From the IMG/VR virus record IMGVR_UViG_3300029951_000015: 64,000 nucleotides of DNA; one strand, given 5' to 3'. Each line of letters opens with the position of its first letter. Position 1 is the first letter of the stretch. The notes under the pieces are model-generated. The model had not been told where the DNA came from. It ran no database searches and saw only the letters and a program-made list of their open reading frames with translations. Made by a program: the position numbers and the translations under genes. Positions 16,448 through 26,068 of the stretch are shown here, one piece after another. This DNA comes from a virus.

Positions 16448-16792
16448 ATGACTACCGAGATTACCAAAGTCCGCACGATACGCGGCGGTTATGTCCACGT
16501 CGCAGTCTCAGCCCTAGCCAGCGACTGTACGCTATTGCGCAGGTTCACCGCTGACGGAAGCCCTGTCACGGGTGCTGTAGTGCATATCCATCGTGGCAAC
16601 ATAGACGGCGGAGGTACGGCGATCGCTGCGATAAACAAGGGCCACAGCATGTATGGCCGGGACATGACCGGCTACGCTACGGAAGCCGCAGCTAAAGCAG
16701 CAGTGACGCGCGCCAAGCAGAGCCTAGCTGATTACATCCTAAAGCAAGTAGGCGCTCGCTGGTGCGCCATTCATAAGGATGCCGCAGCATGA
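16448..16792 (+). CDS. hypothetical protein
   Basis: 114-aa ORF, tightly packed with its neighbours. Confidence 0.5.
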   Translation: MTTEITKVRTIRGGYVHVAVSALASDCTLLRRFTADGSPVTGAVVHIHRGNIDGGGTAIAAINKGHSMYGRDMTGYATEAAAKAAVTRAKQSLADYILKQVGARWCAIHKDAAA

Positions 16793-16977
16793 CCGACGCT
16801 CTCGAATGGCTCTGCGCAATCGCTCTCCTCCTGGTCTGTGCCGCTGTCATCTCGCTCGCCTGGGTCGCAGTCTTGGACCTTCTGTTCAACAAAGCGGCGG
16901 GCACGCGCAAATGGTTCGCAGTCTGCACAGCAGCTATGACCGGGCCGCACGCGGTCGATCTGGAAAAAGGTAGCTGA
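16789..16977 (+). CDS. small membrane protein
   Basis: 62 aa, ATGA overlap. Hydrophobic stretch WLCAIALLLVCAAVISLAWVAVLDLLF. Confidence 0.45.
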   Translation: MTDALEWLCAIALLLVCAAVISLAWVAVLDLLFNKAAGTRKWFAVCTAAMTGPHAVDLEKGS

Positions 16978-17044
16978 AATGTTCCTCCCGTCACGCACTG
17001 TCACATCGGTAATAGAGCTGAAATACACTTTAGGACTCCAAAAT

Positions 17045-17428
17045 ATGACCAAACCGTTCAATCTTGAAGCCGCCAAGCGCGGCGATCCGGTCGTAACCCG
17101 TGAGGGTCTACCCGTTCGATTCCTGGCTCACGAGCCAACGTTCTTATACACGAGCCGCGTCCTTACCGTGGTCAAAGGCAGAACCAATGTCTTGTTTACC
17201 GGCGAGGACGGCACCTACAGAACAGACAAGGTCAAGCACCCTGACGACCTGTACATGGCGACTGTCAAGCGCACCGTCTACGTGAACGTGATCCGCTCAG
17301 CCCGTGGAGAGCTGATTGCGGAAGTGCGCGAGAAAGAAGCCGAAGCGCACCGAGTAGCGCTCGACGGCTTCATGCAGGAAGGCAGTACGTATATCGCAAC
17401 CGCCGCACCCGTCGAGATCGAAGAATAA
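17045..17428 (+). CDS. hypothetical protein
   Basis: ATG 17045 gives an MTKPFNLEAAKRGDPVVTREG N-terminus. The track start at 16979 is also possible. Confidence 0.45.
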   Translation: MTKPFNLEAAKRGDPVVTREGLPVRFLAHEPTFLYTSRVLTVVKGRTNVLFTGEDGTYRTDKVKHPDDLYMATVKRTVYVNVIRSARGELIAEVREKEAEAHRVALDGFMQEGSTYIATAAPVEIEE

Positions 17429-17706
17429 TGGCCCTCACCTACACCGAGCGTGATTTGTTAATGCGAGCGCGAGAAGCCATTGTAGCGGGTGCAACTCCAT
17501 TCATCTGTACAGCGCTGGGCGACGCCGTGAGGACCGCTGAGGACCGTGTCGCTAAAAAACGTCTTTGCGCCTGGATTCAAGCGGCACTCTCTCCGACTTA
17601 TTGCCTAGCAGTTTGGCAGGATCGCTGCGGGCGGTATGTTGATGGATCGCAAACGCATCGTGACCGTATCGCCTGGATTGATTGGATGCTCGAAACACCT
17701 GTGTAA
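17428..17706 (+). CDS. hypothetical protein
   Basis: 92 aa, TAATG 1-nt overlap. Confidence 0.5.
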   Translation: MALTYTERDLLMRAREAIVAGATPFICTALGDAVRTAEDRVAKKRLCAWIQAALSPTYCLAVWQDRCGRYVDGSQTHRDRIAWIDWMLETPV

Positions 17707-17722
17707 CCCGATAAGGACCGAC

Positions 17723-18232
17723 ATGATTACCTCTTCCGAACCCATTGCCGAAGCTCAAGCAAGTGACGGCACAGATATTCATCGCGGGCAGGCTTGGCAG
17801 GACAAGGCCGAAGCGCCTGACCAGATGTTTTTGATTTTGAACGTGCAAGTGCGCAGCTACTCAGACGGCGGCAAGCGGTTTCGAGTTGCGGGCGTATCGG
17901 TAGGTGATCGCGCAGTGCAAGAAGGTCGCAGCATGGACTTGGAATCGTTGCGCAAGCTGTTTCCCGTACTGATGTTTGAACCCAACAAAAAGAGGATTGA
18001 AACGATGCCTGACGAAGCCGAAGCTGTGGAGGAATTGACGATGCAGTACACGGGATTCAACCCGCCAGGCGATTGGGAAACTGGCCGCTATTACTTCGTG
18101 GTCGCGGTCAACCCGCTCACGGGCGAGGATTGCGAAGTTGCGCATTTCCCCTATACCGACGACTTCACCAGGCAGCTCGCTTACAAGCTGGCGGTCGCAT
18201 TCGTCGAAGCGATGAACCGGTCGACACCATGA
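17723..18232 (+). CDS. hypothetical protein
   Basis: Trimmed to ATG 17723, which has AAGGA upstream. 169 aa. Confidence 0.5.
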   Translation: MITSSEPIAEAQASDGTDIHRGQAWQDKAEAPDQMFLILNVQVRSYSDGGKRFRVAGVSVGDRAVQEGRSMDLESLRKLFPVLMFEPNKKRIETMPDEAEAVEELTMQYTGFNPPGDWETGRYYFVVAVNPLTGEDCEVAHFPYTDDFTRQLAYKLAVAFVEAMNRSTP

Positions 18233-18426
18233 AATTCCAGCTACTGATCGGCAGCGCCAAAGGCGGTTCCCATTGGGAATCGTATAACGACGAGCGTATC
18301 AAGACGTTATACGAGGCGAAAGCCTGGGGCGTCGAGATCGTGGCCAGCTGGAACGCCACGCTCAGGCCGCACGAGGTAACTCGCACTTTACTGGTCGTCT
18401 GTGAGACTCAAGGAGAATTGAAATGA
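18229..18426 (+). CDS. hypothetical protein
   Basis: ATGA overlap, 65 aa (track ORF 18073 trimmed). Confidence 0.45.
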   Translation: MKFQLLIGSAKGGSHWESYNDERIKTLYEAKAWGVEIVASWNATLRPHEVTRTLLVVCETQGELK

Positions 18427-18806
18427 CACCCGAACAAAAACTGAAACACCTGATTCTGTACAAAATATCTGCGGATTCCGGTGAGCCGCTGGTCGAAGTC
18501 ACAGCTGAAAACGTCGACGGCCTGTATGACGAAGCCGATGAGGAGGACATCGGCGAAGCTGCTGCGGAACTGCGCGAAGGCGAGCACGCCACAGGCTTGA
18601 CAGCGCCGTCTTCGCGCTATTACGAGGCTAAGGAAGTCGCTGCGCAGGCCCCGGACGGTTCATGGATAGGTTGGACTTACTGGTATGGGGGCGGTAAGCA
18701 CGGTGAGCCCGAGGCTATCGATTGGATGGCCTCGGCCTACGCGCTGGACTGTGTAGCCGAGGAAAAGATGACGACCGTGCGGACATTCACGAAGGCGGCA
18801 GCGTGA
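18423..18806 (+). CDS. hypothetical acidic protein
   Basis: 127 aa, GAAATGA junction. Contains an Asp/Glu run, DGLYDEADEEDIGEAAAELREGE. Confidence 0.5.
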   Translation: MTPEQKLKHLILYKISADSGEPLVEVTAENVDGLYDEADEEDIGEAAAELREGEHATGLTAPSSRYYEAKEVAAQAPDGSWIGWTYWYGGGKHGEPEAIDWMASAYALDCVAEEKMTTVRTFTKAAA

Positions 18807-18940
18807 CCGAAACCCAACTCAAAGAAGCCATCCAAGATTTCTATGGCGACACGTCGCGCAGCCGAGAGGCAACCAAGGAGGGCCTGGAGAAAGCCCTGGA
18901 CGTTATCGAGTTGCTTATTGAAAGCTTGAAGGACGATTGA
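18803..18940 (+). CDS. hypothetical protein (45 aa)
   Basis: GTGA overlap with the upstream stop and GAAGG upstream. Confidence 0.3.
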   Translation: MTETQLKEAIQDFYGDTSRSREATKEGLEKALDVIELLIESLKDD

Positions 18941-18941
18941 A

Positions 18942-19238
18942 GTGAAAACAGAACCGAAATTCCTGCTCTACCAGGCGGAAGGCGACGATGACGAATGCGA
19001 GGGGCTGACCAAGCGCGACATGGCTGAGATGTTAGCCGCCGAGCTGGGCATGCGTCTGACCAAAGTACCCGCCAAGTGGCGTTTTAAATATGGCATCGGC
19101 TTCACGGTGACGGTAAGCGCTGTCACTTGCGAACAAGCCGCGATGAAAGCACGCGGGGTGCTGGACAAGCGTTATGAAAAGGCCGGCAAAGAACCGCCCG
19201 TAGCCTGGTCGCTGTGCCTAATCGAAGGACCGAAATGA
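18942..19238 (+). CDS. hypothetical protein
   Basis: GTG start 1 nt after the upstream stop. 98 aa. Confidence 0.45.
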   Translation: MKTEPKFLLYQAEGDDDECEGLTKRDMAEMLAAELGMRLTKVPAKWRFKYGIGFTVTVSAVTCEQAAMKARGVLDKRYEKAGKEPPVAWSLCLIEGPK

Positions 19239-19567
19239 CCAAGGCATTCAACAGACCCTTTGTAACCCCAACGCTCGACAAGAGTTCCGAAATGACCACG
19301 GGAGCCGTCGATCCGATTCCCATGCTGCTGTTTTGTCCGGAGTGCGGTAGGAAGCACATCGACGAATCCGAGTCGGACGAGGCGTATCGCAAATATCTGG
19401 CGCTAGGCGGCATGGACGACCAATGGCTTAACCCGCCCCACCGTTCGCACCTTTGTCATACGTGTGGGTGCGTGTGGCGGCCGGCGGATGTCGCTACCAC
19501 GGGTGTCGCGTCGCTTTCTACGCAGGGCAGCGCAGACACTTGGCCTGTTAGAGGACAGGGTACGTGA
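19235..19567 (+). CDS. zinc-ribbon protein
   Basis: GAAATGA junction. CPECGRKH ... HLCHTCGC gives four Cys ligands. 110 aa. Confidence 0.5.
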   Translation: MTKAFNRPFVTPTLDKSSEMTTGAVDPIPMLLFCPECGRKHIDESESDEAYRKYLALGGMDDQWLNPPHRSHLCHTCGCVWRPADVATTGVASLSTQGSADTWPVRGQGT

Positions 19568-19651
19568 CGCAAGCTCACGAGTTCCTTACGGCAGTGCAGG
19601 AAGAGATGGGAATGCTCGGATGAAACACCACGTCGCCCTCTGGATTGAATA

Positions 19652-19906
19652 ATGAATACGAAATACCAACCAGGAATCCCGACACTCGACGACTTCAAGA
19701 CCGAGGTCGCTGAGTGCGTAGCAGGTACGCGTAGCGCGGTCGTTTGCACCAAGGCGCGTGCCGAGCAAATGGGCGTAGCTTGGGCCGAACTACTTTCTGT
19801 ATGCAATGCGCAAGGACTGCGCATCGATCGGCAGGCGCGCGGTTATGTTGCATACCGCAAATCAGTGCCGAGTCCAGCGGTTTACGGCCGGAATGGTTAT
19901 AAATAG
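19652..19906 (+). CDS. hypothetical protein
   Basis: 84 aa. Last gene before palindrome copy c. Confidence 0.5.
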   Translation: MNTKYQPGIPTLDDFKTEVAECVAGTRSAVVCTKARAEQMGVAWAELLSVCNAQGLRIDRQARGYVAYRKSVPSPAVYGRNGYK

Positions 19907-19912
19907 AATTTC

Positions 19913-19943
19913 AACGAAAACGCTCTGTAAAGCGCATTTCGTT
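19913..19943. promoter_or_regulatory. dispersed palindrome, copy c
   Basis: AACGAAAACGCTCTGTAAAGCGCATTTCGTT abuts the -35 of promoter copy 6. Confidence 0.6.
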
Positions 19944-19971
19944 TTGTACAAAACTATAAAACTGGTATAGT
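19944..19971 (+). promoter_or_regulatory. family promoter box, copy 6
   Basis: TTGTAC-AAAACTATAAAACTGG-TATAGT-TAG. Confidence 0.5.
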
Positions 19972-20136
19972 TAGTCCGCAGTAAGCAGTCCTTAAAATTG
20001 CTTGATGCGGGCGCGCAACGCACAGCGCGTGACTCTAAAATTTTCCTAACAGACCTTTCTGTATCGGCCTCATAATCGCGTTTCTTTTCGAAACGACAGT
20101 TGTGAGATTGCGAAGTTCCCTAGCAATTTGACTACC

Positions 20137-20310
20137 ATGAAAACGCAGACTTTCACAGAGAACGAAAACAAAGTGGACACCCGAGACGATAGCCGCCATA
20201 GCGCGGCTGACGCACCGCGTACTTGGGCGAAAGCATCTGCACGGGCACAGCGCCGCGCAGTGCGTCACGAAGCCCGGCAGCAACTGCGTCAATTCGTGCT
20301 GGGGCGCTGA
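20137..20310 (+). CDS. hypothetical basic protein
   Basis: 57 aa from ATG 20137. Weak RBS and Arg-rich, so a weak call. Confidence 0.3.
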   Translation: MKTQTFTENENKVDTRDDSRHSAADAPRTWAKASARAQRRAVRHEARQQLRQFVLGR

Positions 20311-20312
20311 GC

Positions 20313-20555
20313 ATGGCAATGTCAAAGAAACAGATAGTCTCTCGCCTTAACGAAATCACATCGCTGATCAATGGCCTGGATGCAAACCTCAAGGAGGAGT
20401 ACGGCGATCAGGCAAACATTTTCTTCGAAGCTGATGGGACGTTTCACGCGATGGACGGTGACGATTATTCGGATCGCGGCAGCACCCGCGACCGCCAAAA
20501 ACACATCATCGCGTCCAGTTCGACTTACTGCCAGCTCGGCGCTGGCGCTTGGTAA
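20313..20555 (+). CDS. hypothetical protein
   Basis: Track ORF 20223 trimmed to ATG 20313, 2 nt after the upstream stop. 80 aa. Confidence 0.45.
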   Translation: MAMSKKQIVSRLNEITSLINGLDANLKEEYGDQANIFFEADGTFHAMDGDDYSDRGSTRDRQKHIIASSSTYCQLGAGAW

Positions 20556-20577
20556 TCCCCTTATCTCAGGATCGACA

Positions 20578-21042
20578 ATGTTTTCCGAATTCCTCACCCG
20601 TATCAAATCTGCGTGGCGCGCGCTCTGGATGCCGACGAGGCACGAGTCCACAGCTGACATGCTGGCCCGCGCGCCTGAGATTGATCAAGCATATTACGAG
20701 GACAGAGAGCGCTACGCACAAGCAGCTGCCCTAACGGGTACGCAAACCGCTGCCAGTCCTACCGGCCGCACTCAACCGCCCCGCCCTACCTCCTGGGATG
20801 CGAAGATTACCGATAGCGACCGCGGGTTTGCCGGCTATATGTCTGAGTTCGATTTCGCTCGGGCTGAGCAGAGGGTGCTGGCCTTTTACGTGGACGGCGT
20901 GCCAATAGATGAGTTTTTGGCGAGCCGAGATTACCGCAAACCCGTATTGGCGTTACTGGCTAACAGAGACTCGCTCACACCCGCGAACTGGTTAACCGAC
21001 CCCGAGCTGATAGCAGAACTCGACAAGCGCGCGAAGCCATGA
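20578..21042 (+). CDS. hypothetical protein
   Basis: Trimmed to ATG 20578, which has AGGA upstream. 154 aa. Confidence 0.5.
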   Translation: MFSEFLTRIKSAWRALWMPTRHESTADMLARAPEIDQAYYEDRERYAQAAALTGTQTAASPTGRTQPPRPTSWDAKITDSDRGFAGYMSEFDFARAEQRVLAFYVDGVPIDEFLASRDYRKPVLALLANRDSLTPANWLTDPELIAELDKRAKP

Positions 21043-21623
21043 GCCGTCATAGCGTCTATATGGACGGCGACGAAGGTATCCCGGAACAGCTTCTCGGCCG
21101 TAACGGCGAAGTAGCTTTGGATATGTGCAGGCACTGCGGAAAGGCTGAGTCAGAGCTGAGCGGTCCGTGCTTGAAAGCCCCTCCCCTCTCTCGCGAGCAG
21201 CGCCGCGCGCCGAATTACATGGAGCAGGCGTATGCGGCAACCAGCGCGCTGGTTGCCGCGCAGATCCAAGGCATTCGTCCGGCGATTGTGCCACCTTTCG
21301 TAGCAGAAATTCGCAGGCGAAGAGACAGGGCGCGAGAGGTAGAGCAAGTAGCTGCAAGGGAAGCGGCATTGCTGTCCGGGTCTCCCTCTACAGGACGTTA
21401 CGGCTCAGATCGTAGTGACGCTACCCAACAAGCCGAATTCGAAGCATTCCGAGAGTCAGTTAAATCGAACGGCACTCGCCAGCAGCCGACCACGTTCGAG
21501 CAGCTGCACAAGAAAATCCACCTACTCACTACCGCGATGCGCAAGATTGCGGCCGAAGGTGACGAAAGCATCTACGACCTGCGAACGATAGCGCGGGCTG
21601 TGTTGGAGGAAGCAGGCGAATGA
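21039..21623 (+). CDS. hypothetical protein
   Basis: 194 aa, ATGA overlap. Confidence 0.5.
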   Translation: MSRHSVYMDGDEGIPEQLLGRNGEVALDMCRHCGKAESELSGPCLKAPPLSREQRRAPNYMEQAYAATSALVAAQIQGIRPAIVPPFVAEIRRRRDRAREVEQVAAREAALLSGSPSTGRYGSDRSDATQQAEFEAFRESVKSNGTRQQPTTFEQLHKKIHLLTTAMRKIAAEGDESIYDLRTIARAVLEEAGE

Positions 21624-21808
21624 AGAATGGAGGTTCTGGAGGGCCATTTTTGTGTATGGGGCGTAAAGATCGATCAGACGGTACGCGCCTCGTGATTCGC
21701 TTGTATCACTGGGGCTTCAGCAAGACGATTTTAAAGAGAGGGGAAAACGGGGAGTGGGTGACGTTAAGTCACTCGGAATATCGATTCAATCAAGAACTCA
21801 GGGAATAG
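21620..21808 (+). CDS. hypothetical protein
   Basis: 62 aa, ATGA overlap. Confidence 0.4.
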   Translation: MKNGGSGGPFLCMGRKDRSDGTRLVIRLYHWGFSKTILKRGENGEWVTLSHSEYRFNQELRE

Positions 21809-21810
21809 AA

Positions 21811-22242
21811 ATGAACGCAGCACCTCACGAAGCATGTACGGCAGTACCGGTATCGCAGTTCGGCAAAGGTCATTGGTCATTGTTGGCATACGTGGAATCG
21901 CTCTGTGTCGACGGCAAGGACGGGAAAGGAAAGATTGATAATCGGCGCATGCGCGTGAACAAGCTACGCCACCCGAGTAAATCGCACTTGGCACGCTGGA
22001 AAGAAGAAGACAACACAGTTGCGCGTGACGGATTTGGTGAAACGGTTCAAATTGAAGGGCATGACGACTGGAACTGCCTCGCGGACTGCGCTGCCGCCGG
22101 ATACGTGGAAATCATCTCATTCGGTTCAGGTACGGTATCGATGACGGCTAAGGGAATGGACGTTGTCGCGGCAGTACGTAAGCATAAGGCGCTATGGGGC
22201 GGCGATTTTTATGATTTTGTCTGGTCTGAATCTCTGGCGTAA
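21811..22242 (+). CDS. hypothetical protein
   Basis: Trimmed to ATG 21811, which has AGGGAA upstream. 143 aa. Confidence 0.5.
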   Translation: MNAAPHEACTAVPVSQFGKGHWSLLAYVESLCVDGKDGKGKIDNRRMRVNKLRHPSKSHLARWKEEDNTVARDGFGETVQIEGHDDWNCLADCAAAGYVEIISFGSGTVSMTAKGMDVVAAVRKHKALWGGDFYDFVWSESLA

Positions 22243-22252
22243 CTCACACCAG

Positions 22253-22284
22253 CGGCCTGAGCCTCAAACGAGGCTCAGGCCGCG
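22253..22284 (+). terminator. GC-rich hairpin (14-bp stem), possible terminator or RNA stabiliser
   Basis: GCGGCCTGAGCCTC-AAAC-GAGGCTCAGGCCGC lies 10 nt after the stop. No U-tract follows. Confidence 0.4.
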
Positions 22285-22298
22285 ATAAAGGAACTTAA

Positions 22299-22697
22299 AT
22301 GACGACTAAATTACCGATCAACGCAGCCGCACGGACAGACGCTGCGGAATTCGCGACGTTGCAGACCTACCTCTCTCAGCATCACGCCGATGTTAAGCCG
22401 CCAAGCCCGGGAGGGTTAGCCGCATGGGCTTGGTTTGCGCTGGAGAAGAGCGCGCCTGCAGCGGAGCCCTATCAGGCACTCAGCAATCTCGGAACCGCGA
22501 TTGAGCTGGCTCTGGCTCAAGAGGCAGCATCCGATGTCCTGTCAGTCCTGACCGGTGCGTTCGTCGGCCTCACTACCGAATTGGTGCGTCGGCAGGGACA
22601 TGACGAGAGCAAAAAGATTAAGGTAAATAGCGGTGGCGGGCGCGGTATCACCATTCATGCGGTAGCGGACGATAGCCCCGTGAGCACACCCGCGTAA
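22299..22697 (+). CDS. hypothetical protein
   Basis: 132 aa with AAGGA upstream. Confidence 0.5.
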   Translation: MTTKLPINAAARTDAAEFATLQTYLSQHHADVKPPSPGGLAAWAWFALEKSAPAAEPYQALSNLGTAIELALAQEAASDVLSVLTGAFVGLTTELVRRQGHDESKKIKVNSGGGRGITIHAVADDSPVSTPA

Positions 22698-22769
22698 GAG
22701 CACAATAAACGACCGACATAAATCACAAAATAAAGATTAGTTATCCTACTCAAATCGGAGTCTTCCATC

Positions 22770-23327
22770 ATGAAATATTTACGCTGTTTCGCGCTGATAG
22801 TCGTGAATACGACGCGCTGGCTACTCGCGGCGACCCTGAACTTCGCCTTTACACTGATCGCCTACCCTGCCGCCCTGCTTCTCCCCGCTTTCGCCACGTC
22901 GACCGGCTATCTCCCGACATGGTTGTGGTGGTTTCAGACGCCCGACAACTCGCTCGACGGCGATACAGCGTTTCAAGCCTCACACGCGTGGTTTACGCCC
23001 CCTCAGACCGGCTGGCGACGTTACGTCAACCGGATATGGTGGTTGATGCGCAATCCCGCCTACGGCTTCGGTATCGACGTTGCAGGGGTGTCTGTAACGG
23101 CAACGCCCAAACTGTTCGGCACACTCCCTCTCGGCGGCGCATTGACGCAGAGCGGTTGGTACTTCGCCTGGACCTCAAACGCGTGGCAGTTTTACGGCGT
23201 GTGGATCTACAGCAGCACACGCTGCGCGCGCTTGAACCTGGGCTGGAAGCTCTGGCAAGTGCCCGGCGTATGCCAGCTAGTGCTGAGTCCCCTTCCGTTC
23301 GTCAGTCTGCCGGCGATCCCTGCGTAA
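22770..23327 (+). CDS. integral membrane protein
   Basis: 185 aa with GGAG upstream. Two N-terminal hydrophobic helices, then a Trp-rich WLWWFQTPDNSLDGD motif. Confidence 0.5.
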   Translation: MKYLRCFALIVVNTTRWLLAATLNFAFTLIAYPAALLLPAFATSTGYLPTWLWWFQTPDNSLDGDTAFQASHAWFTPPQTGWRRYVNRIWWLMRNPAYGFGIDVAGVSVTATPKLFGTLPLGGALTQSGWYFAWTSNAWQFYGVWIYSSTRCARLNLGWKLWQVPGVCQLVLSPLPFVSLPAIPA

Positions 23328-23370
23328 GTTGCGGCGATCCCTGCCTTTAACGAAAATTGGAGCATTAAAA

Positions 23371-23988
23371 ATGCCTACAGGTTACACAGCCACCATCGCG
23401 GACGGCATTACTTTCGAGCAGTTCGTGATGCGATGCGCCCGCGCAATGGGTGCGTGCATGAGTATGCGCGACGAACCGATGGGCAAGCCAATCCCGGAGC
23501 GTTTTGAGCCGTCTGAGTATTACGCGAGATCGCTTGCCGAGTCGCGAGTCAAGCTTGAGCAGTATCTGGCAATGTCGGTGAGCGATAGCGATGAGCAGTA
23601 CGAAGCCAGCTTTCAGCAGGATTCCGAGCAGTACGAAAAACGCGTGGCAGACAAAAATGCGCTGCGCGACAAGTATCGAGCAATGCTGGAGAGCGTGAAG
23701 TGCTGGACGCCGCCGACCGACGAGCACGCGCCATTCAAAAAATTCATGATCGAGCAGCTATCCATGTCGATGGACTCGGATTGCAGCACGGAATACGACA
23801 CCCCTCCGGAGCGTGTAACGCCCGCTGAGTGGCTTGTCGCGACTATCAAGAGGGTGCGTGAAAACGTTGTGTACCTCGACAGAGAGTACCGCAAGGGCGT
23901 TGAGCGCACAGAGTCAGGTAATCAGTGGCTCGCGTCGCTGCGGAAAAGTCTGCTTGCTCCTTCGTTGAAGGAACAAGTAAATGACTGA
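23371..23988 (+). CDS. hypothetical protein
   Basis: Trimmed to ATG 23371, which has GGAG upstream. 205 aa. Confidence 0.5.
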   Translation: MPTGYTATIADGITFEQFVMRCARAMGACMSMRDEPMGKPIPERFEPSEYYARSLAESRVKLEQYLAMSVSDSDEQYEASFQQDSEQYEKRVADKNALRDKYRAMLESVKCWTPPTDEHAPFKKFMIEQLSMSMDSDCSTEYDTPPERVTPAEWLVATIKRVRENVVYLDREYRKGVERTESGNQWLASLRKSLLAPSLKEQVND

Positions 23989-24490
23989 TCTAGCCTTTCG
24001 GGCCATGCAATTCGCCCGCGCCGCGCACAAGGGCCAGGTGCGCAAGTACACTGGCAATCCATATATCGATCATCTGGCCGAGGTCGCCGGGATTGTTGCG
24101 GCGGCTACGTCTGATCATTCCTGCGCCAATGGCACCGAGATTGCCATTGCATGGCTGCACGACTGCATGGAAGACCAGGGCGTCTCATTCGATGAGCTTA
24201 AGCAGAAATTCGGGAGCATCGTGGCTTTCGGTGTAGCGGATTTATCCGACCTTGAGACCGGCAACCGCGGCGTGCGAAACGCAAAGTCTCGCGCCCGCCT
24301 AGTGGCTGCGCCGCCCTGGGTCCAGACGATCAAATGCGCGGACTTGATCAGCAACATGAGCAGCATCGTGGAGCACGACCCCAAGTTCGCTGTGATTTAC
24401 TTGGAGGAAAAACGCCTCCTACTGGAAGTTCTCACAAAGGCAGATCCGCGACTCCGGGATATGGCCGTAACCTTGGCACACCAGCTATGA
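23981..24490 (+). CDS. small alarmone hydrolase (RelA/SpoT-type HD domain only)
   Basis: ARAAHKGQVRKYTGNPYIDHLAEVAGIV and AWLHDCMEDQG reproduce the SpoT hydrolase HD-domain motifs. At 169 aa it has no synthetase domain. Confidence 0.7.
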   Translation: MTDLAFRAMQFARAAHKGQVRKYTGNPYIDHLAEVAGIVAAATSDHSCANGTEIAIAWLHDCMEDQGVSFDELKQKFGSIVAFGVADLSDLETGNRGVRNAKSRARLVAAPPWVQTIKCADLISNMSSIVEHDPKFAVIYLEEKRLLLEVLTKADPRLRDMAVTLAHQL

Positions 24491-24921
24491 CCGAACAACC
24501 TAACACCGCATGTGACATGGGCGTCGGATGCGAAGAGCACGGCACTTGCTATGCAGCGGCTAACGGGGAACCCGATAGGTGCGGTAAAAGCGTACCCGTC
24601 GCGCAGCGCCCTGTACCTGTTACGGCCGACGACTTAGTCCGCGGCTTTGTGGCAGCGTTGAGCGCAGGCCACTCCCCTCTCGCGGTCGTTTTTACGGGGA
24701 AGATGGTCGATTACATTAACGACATCCCGGCGGGAACCTCAGCGGGCTACTACCCCGCTCTCGCAGAGCTGGAAAAACTAGGAATCGCTGAGGGGAGCAG
24801 TCTCGACTCCCTGAAAACGGACCAGATTGTGACCTACGCGATGGCGCACCACAAGACAGGTAACGACGAGCACCTGGCCGAGATCCTGACGTGGCTCGTG
24901 AGCGGGCGGAAATCCTCATGA
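24487..24921 (+). CDS. hypothetical protein
   Basis: ATGA overlap (track ORF 24334 trimmed). 144 aa with a Cys-rich N-terminus. Confidence 0.45.
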   Translation: MTEQPNTACDMGVGCEEHGTCYAAANGEPDRCGKSVPVAQRPVPVTADDLVRGFVAALSAGHSPLAVVFTGKMVDYINDIPAGTSAGYYPALAELEKLGIAEGSSLDSLKTDQIVTYAMAHHKTGNDEHLAEILTWLVSGRKSS

Positions 24922-25706
24922 TAACCGCCGACTCCGATAGAGGCACCGGCCGCACGACGAGGGCTATGGAGAGCGCACCCGTGGGCGCGGTATTCATCTG
25001 TCGGGACGGCTATTCAGCAGCATCAAATCGAAGGACGCTTAAAAGGAGGTGCGCAGTGACTGCAAAACCCGGTAACCCTGTCGAAATAACTCCGGATACC
25101 CTGACCGGATTCGAAGACATTTTTTATGCTATGCGCCGTCGCACGCCTACGAGCCAGGAGGTTTTCGACGCCGGAGTACGGTCAGGCCTGAGGCGCTCGA
25201 AAGAAACCATTGACTCGGCATTACTTGAAGAACGCGCCAAGACCGCGTACTGGGCACGCCGATGTCATGACGTTGAAATGACGGCGCAGCGTGTGGCCCC
25301 GATTCCCGCACGCCGCGACGGCGAGAAGTTCGCGGACTGGGCAGCGAGGGTCTACGCGGCCAAGGAAGCTGAGCCGGTTGACGATCACTCTGCCCTTCGC
25401 TTACGCCGGATCGTCAATCTACTGGGGTTGAATGACGCAGTGCCGAAGGGCGATAGTGAGCTGATGGGTTGCCTGTTTTCCGTTCTCGGCATGATTGCGC
25501 GCAAGATTGAACAGCCGGCCGAAACCTCAGTCGCGCCTAACCCGGCATTAGATGCCATCCAGTTCGCGCTCGAAACCGATGACGGATTGCAGTTCCTGAG
25601 ACGCTGGAATCAAGGAGATTTCGACGTAACGCGCCGCGAGTGGCCGGAAGCGCCAGAAAGCATCTACATCGGCGCTGATCAGTTTCATGGGGAGACCCCA
25701 GTATGA
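24918..25706 (+). CDS. hypothetical protein
   Basis: ATGA overlap. 262 aa. N-terminal DRGTGRTTRAM resembles a degenerate P-loop. Confidence 0.45.
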   Translation: MITADSDRGTGRTTRAMESAPVGAVFICRDGYSAASNRRTLKRRCAVTAKPGNPVEITPDTLTGFEDIFYAMRRRTPTSQEVFDAGVRSGLRRSKETIDSALLEERAKTAYWARRCHDVEMTAQRVAPIPARRDGEKFADWAARVYAAKEAEPVDDHSALRLRRIVNLLGLNDAVPKGDSELMGCLFSVLGMIARKIEQPAETSVAPNPALDAIQFALETDDGLQFLRRWNQGDFDVTRREWPEAPESIYIGADQFHGETPV

Positions 25707-26068
25707 AAGCCCAACGCCGCGATTACGGCTACGAGCGTGTCGGCGCGTCACGGAAGATAAGGCATACTAAGCACCGCAGGAGCAGGCGAGGCAGGAATTG
25801 CTTGAATGCGGACAACAGACACAAGTCGCACGCACGGCATAGCGCGGCCTGGGCGAGTGACAGGTGCCGTCCGAAAGCGTCTCGGCCTGGCGCGTTCCAG
25901 GAGTCCGTGCAGGCTGCACTTGAGCCGAAGGCCTCTACTCCGGTCTTCGAACACGATCCGCACAGCCCATTTGTGGGGATGGACGAGTGGCGGGAATATA
26001 TCAGAGGGGGCGATTACCCAGGCCACTGCGGAATGGACACCTGCGCGCGGAACGGAGCAACGGGATGA
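25703..26068 (+). CDS. hypothetical very basic protein
   Basis: ATGA overlaps on both sides support translation, but the Arg/His-rich composition makes this a weak call. Confidence 0.3.
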   Translation: MKAQRRDYGYERVGASRKIRHTKHRRSRRGRNCLNADNRHKSHARHSAAWASDRCRPKASRPGAFQESVQAALEPKASTPVFEHDPHSPFVGMDEWREYIRGGDYPGHCGMDTCARNGATG

